Source: Schaalia odontolytica (GTDB lineage: Bacteria; Actinomycetota; Actinomycetes; Actinomycetales; Actinomycetaceae). Taken from it: DNA of 32,000 nucleotides. The notes beneath the pieces are model-generated. The model searched no databases. It worked only from the letters and a program-made list of their open reading frames with translations, and was not told the DNA's origin. Positions 30,228 to 32,000 of this stretch are shown here, piece by piece. Made by a program: the position numbers and the translations under genes. Each line of letters begins with the position of its first letter. The first letter of the stretch is position 1. The DNA is taken from contig NZ_CP040006.1 of NCBI RefSeq assembly GCF_005696695.1, positions 2,280,001 to 2,312,000 on the forward strand. The letters are read 5' to 3'.

Positions 30228-31466
30228 TTAACTCAAGAACGCGGCGGGGTCGTCCACGAGTGAATCCAGCACTCGGAACGCCGCACCCCGAACCGTCAGC
30301 GACGCAGAATCCGGCAGCACCTCAACGATCGGCGAGGACCACGGGGCCTGCAGCGTGCGCGTCTCAATCTCCTCGCGCGCCGGATCCAGCAGGGCACCAC
30401 TCAGCTCAGCGACGGCACCGCCCAGCACGACGTGCGGGATATCCATCGCGTTGATGACCCCCGACAACACGCGCCCAAGGGCCGCTCCGGCCTCCGTCAA
30501 CACGGTGCGCGCACGTTCCTGCTCCTCGCCCCCGGCAAGCGACTCTGAGGTCTTCGCCCCGGCCTCGTCGACGAGGCCCGCGCAACGCAGAATCCCGCGC
30601 GGCCCGGACCCCGCAGGGGCACCCACATGCTCGGCGAGGGCACGCACACCCAGGTAGGCCTCGAGGCATCCGCGCGCCCCGCAGCGGCACAGCGGCCCAT
30701 TGGGATCCGCGCACATGTGCCCAATTTCGCCGGACCAGGCACGCGCCCCGCTCATCGGTCGATGATCGACGATGACACCAGCGCCAACGCCCACCTCGCC
30801 CGACACGTACACGAAAGTCGACGGCCCGCCCGCTACGCCCGGGCGTGTGTAGGCGACCGCGTAGGCCGCCAGGTCCGCTTCGTTCGCGACGACCACCGGG
30901 TTCAGTTCTGCGAGTGCGGCAAGTAGCTGGTCGTGCGGGATGTCTCGCCACCCCAGGTTCGGGGCGAGCGCGAGGCGGGTCGGCGACACCAGGCCCGGCA
31001 GCCCAACGCCCGTCCCGAGGAACAGGGCGCCGTCGGGCAGGGTTTCTTCGAGCAGAGTGTGGGCCTCCTGGGCCGCGAGCGCCATCGTCTCCTCCGGCGC
31101 ACTGTCGGCGAAATCGCGCTCAATCCGTCGGTGCCCGAGCTCCCTTCCGGCGAGGTCAACGAGCATGACGTCAAGGCTCGCGACGTCCACTTCGATGCCG
31201 AGGGCGACGGCGCTGCCCTCCGCGGGGGTGAGGCGGTTGGCCGGGCGGCCACGGCCGCCGCCGTCGCCGGGTTCGAGTTCTCGCACGAGTCCGGCACCCA
31301 CCAGGTCGTCCACGAGGCGCGAGATCGTCGCGCGCGTCATTCCGGTGCGCTGCGAGAGGCCTGCGCGCGTGACCTCGCCCGGCGAGGCGAGGATGTTGCG
31401 CAGCACCGTCGACATGTTGGATGCGCGCACGTTTTCCGACTTCACACCGCGGTTCTGAGCGCCCAT
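30228..31466 (-). CDS. ROK family transcriptional regulator (XylR-like by position)
   Basis: N-terminal wHTH: VTRAGLSQRTGMTRATISRLVDDLVGAGLVRE. ROK sugar-kinase-like body with the Zn motif GHMCADPNGPLCRCGARGCLE. ATG 31466 has GGAG 6 nt upstream, and ATG 31550 is the alternative. Divergent from xylA. Confidence 0.85.
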   Translation of the reverse strand: MGAQNRGVKSENVRASNMSTVLRNILASPGEVTRAGLSQRTGMTRATISRLVDDLVGAGLVRELEPGDGGGRGRPANRLTPAEGSAVALGIEVDVASLDVMLVDLAGRELGHRRIERDFADSAPEETMALAAQEAHTLLEETLPDGALFLGTGVGLPGLVSPTRLALAPNLGWRDIPHDQLLAALAELNPVVVANEADLAAYAVAYTRPGVAGGPSTFVYVSGEVGVGAGVIVDHRPMSGARAWSGEIGHMCADPNGPLCRCGARGCLEAYLGVRALAEHVGAPAGSGPRGILRCAGLVDEAGAKTSESLAGGEEQERARTVLTEAGAALGRVLSGVINAMDIPHVVLGGAVAELSGALLDPAREEIETRTLQAPWSSPIVEVLPDSASLTVRGAAFRVLDSLVDDPAAFLS

Positions 31467-31612
31467 CCCCCGCTCCGAGGGGCGCGGCGAGGCGACCGGG
31501 CCGCGACAGATGCGGCCGGCGTCGTTGGCGCTGTCGGAACGGGTCGGCATGGACCCAGGCTACCGTGTCGGAGCGGCGGTGCCCACCCGTCGTGCGGACT
31601 TGTCGGAGGGCC

Positions 31613-31665
31613 TTGACGAACGCGCACACAGGTATTAAGTTTTACCCCACAACAAATAAATTGTG
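31613..31665 (+). promoter_or_regulatory. Candidate xylA promoter with overlapping inverted-repeat operator
   Basis: TTGACG (31613-31618), a 17-nt spacer, then TAAGTT (31636-31641). Next comes CACAA-N8-TTGTG (31648-31665) in the only AT-rich patch of the xylR-xylA intergenic region. Confidence 0.4.
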
Positions 31666-31818
31666 ACGACGCGAACACGACGCGCAACGACCGCGCGACC
31701 AAACACGCGAGTACGGCACACGGACCAACATCCACCACCACACAACGACGCGCAGCGCCATCGACGACGCGGTACCATCCGTCTCCAACTGAACACCGAC
31801 GTTCGAAAGGACACCACC

Positions 31819-32000
31819 ATGACAACCACCCCCGACAACAAGTTCTCCTTCGGCCTGTGGACGGTCGGCTGGAATGCGGTCGACCCCTTTGGTACGGGGA
31901 CCCGCCCGGTCCTGGATCCGTGGGAGTACACGGAAAAGCTCGCGGAGGTCGGCGCGTGGGGCATTACCTTCCACGACAATGACGTGTTCGACTTTGATGC
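31819..32000 (+). CDS. xylA: Xylose isomerase, 5' fragment (continues beyond window; not in ORF track)
   Basis: [60 protein letters not shown] matches the actinobacterial class I XylA N-terminus ([14 protein letters not shown]...FHDDD). GAAAGGA RBS. Confidence 0.85.
   Translation, partial: MTTTPDNKFSFGLWTVGWNAVDPFGTGTRPVLDPWEYTEKLAEVGAWGITFHDNDVFDFD

Overview
This is a high-GC actinobacterial chromosomal segment. Coding lines I counted run about 65-80% GC. The gene content and choline-binding-type repeats suggest Actinomycetaceae, but I could not verify that. All family assignments come from motifs I recognise by eye, since no searches were possible. I can support 23 protein-coding genes, 17 of them on the minus strand.

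**Left third.** An array of three secreted proteins shares C-terminal cell-wall-binding (GW/WYYL, CW_binding_1-type) repeats. Two are tandem ~1270-aa S8 subtilisin/C5a-peptidase-like paralogs. The third is a Big_2 plus proline-repeat protein that reuses a protease module.

**Middle.**
- A membrane alpha/beta hydrolase.
- An orphan 170-aa protein with an R-S-E ADP-ribosyltransferase-like motif set.
- A tightly packed minus-strand block headed by an unmistakable TPP riboswitch. It contains a YkoE-type ECF S component, a triple-fused EcfA-EcfA'-EcfT polypeptide, a translationally coupled P-loop kinase-like protein, cardiolipin synthase and a SAM methyltransferase.
- A CycA-like permease and a DUF2218 gene follow.

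**Right third.**
- A structured low-GC spacer between convergent genes.
- SRPBCC, a DUF2249 protein with four GCGCG motifs, and RidA.
- A DUF4956-VTC-Cthe_2159 lipoprotein operon, a conserved trio with no assigned function.
- An ~870-bp repeat-dense non-coding region holding a 26-bp perfect palindrome, GCGAA-N4-TTCGC dyads, and 42-bp phased motifs.
- An NmrA-like gene.
- A lower-GC two-gene insert: a 4-TM protein plus an overlapping 49-aa TM peptide that is absent from the ORF track.
- A ROK regulator and the 5' end of xylA.

I found no rRNA, tRNA, CRISPR array, transposase or integrase.

The best candidates for something undescribed are the repeat-dense region upstream of the VTC operon, that operon itself, the ART-like orphan, the riboswitch-linked P-loop kinase, and the low-GC membrane pair.
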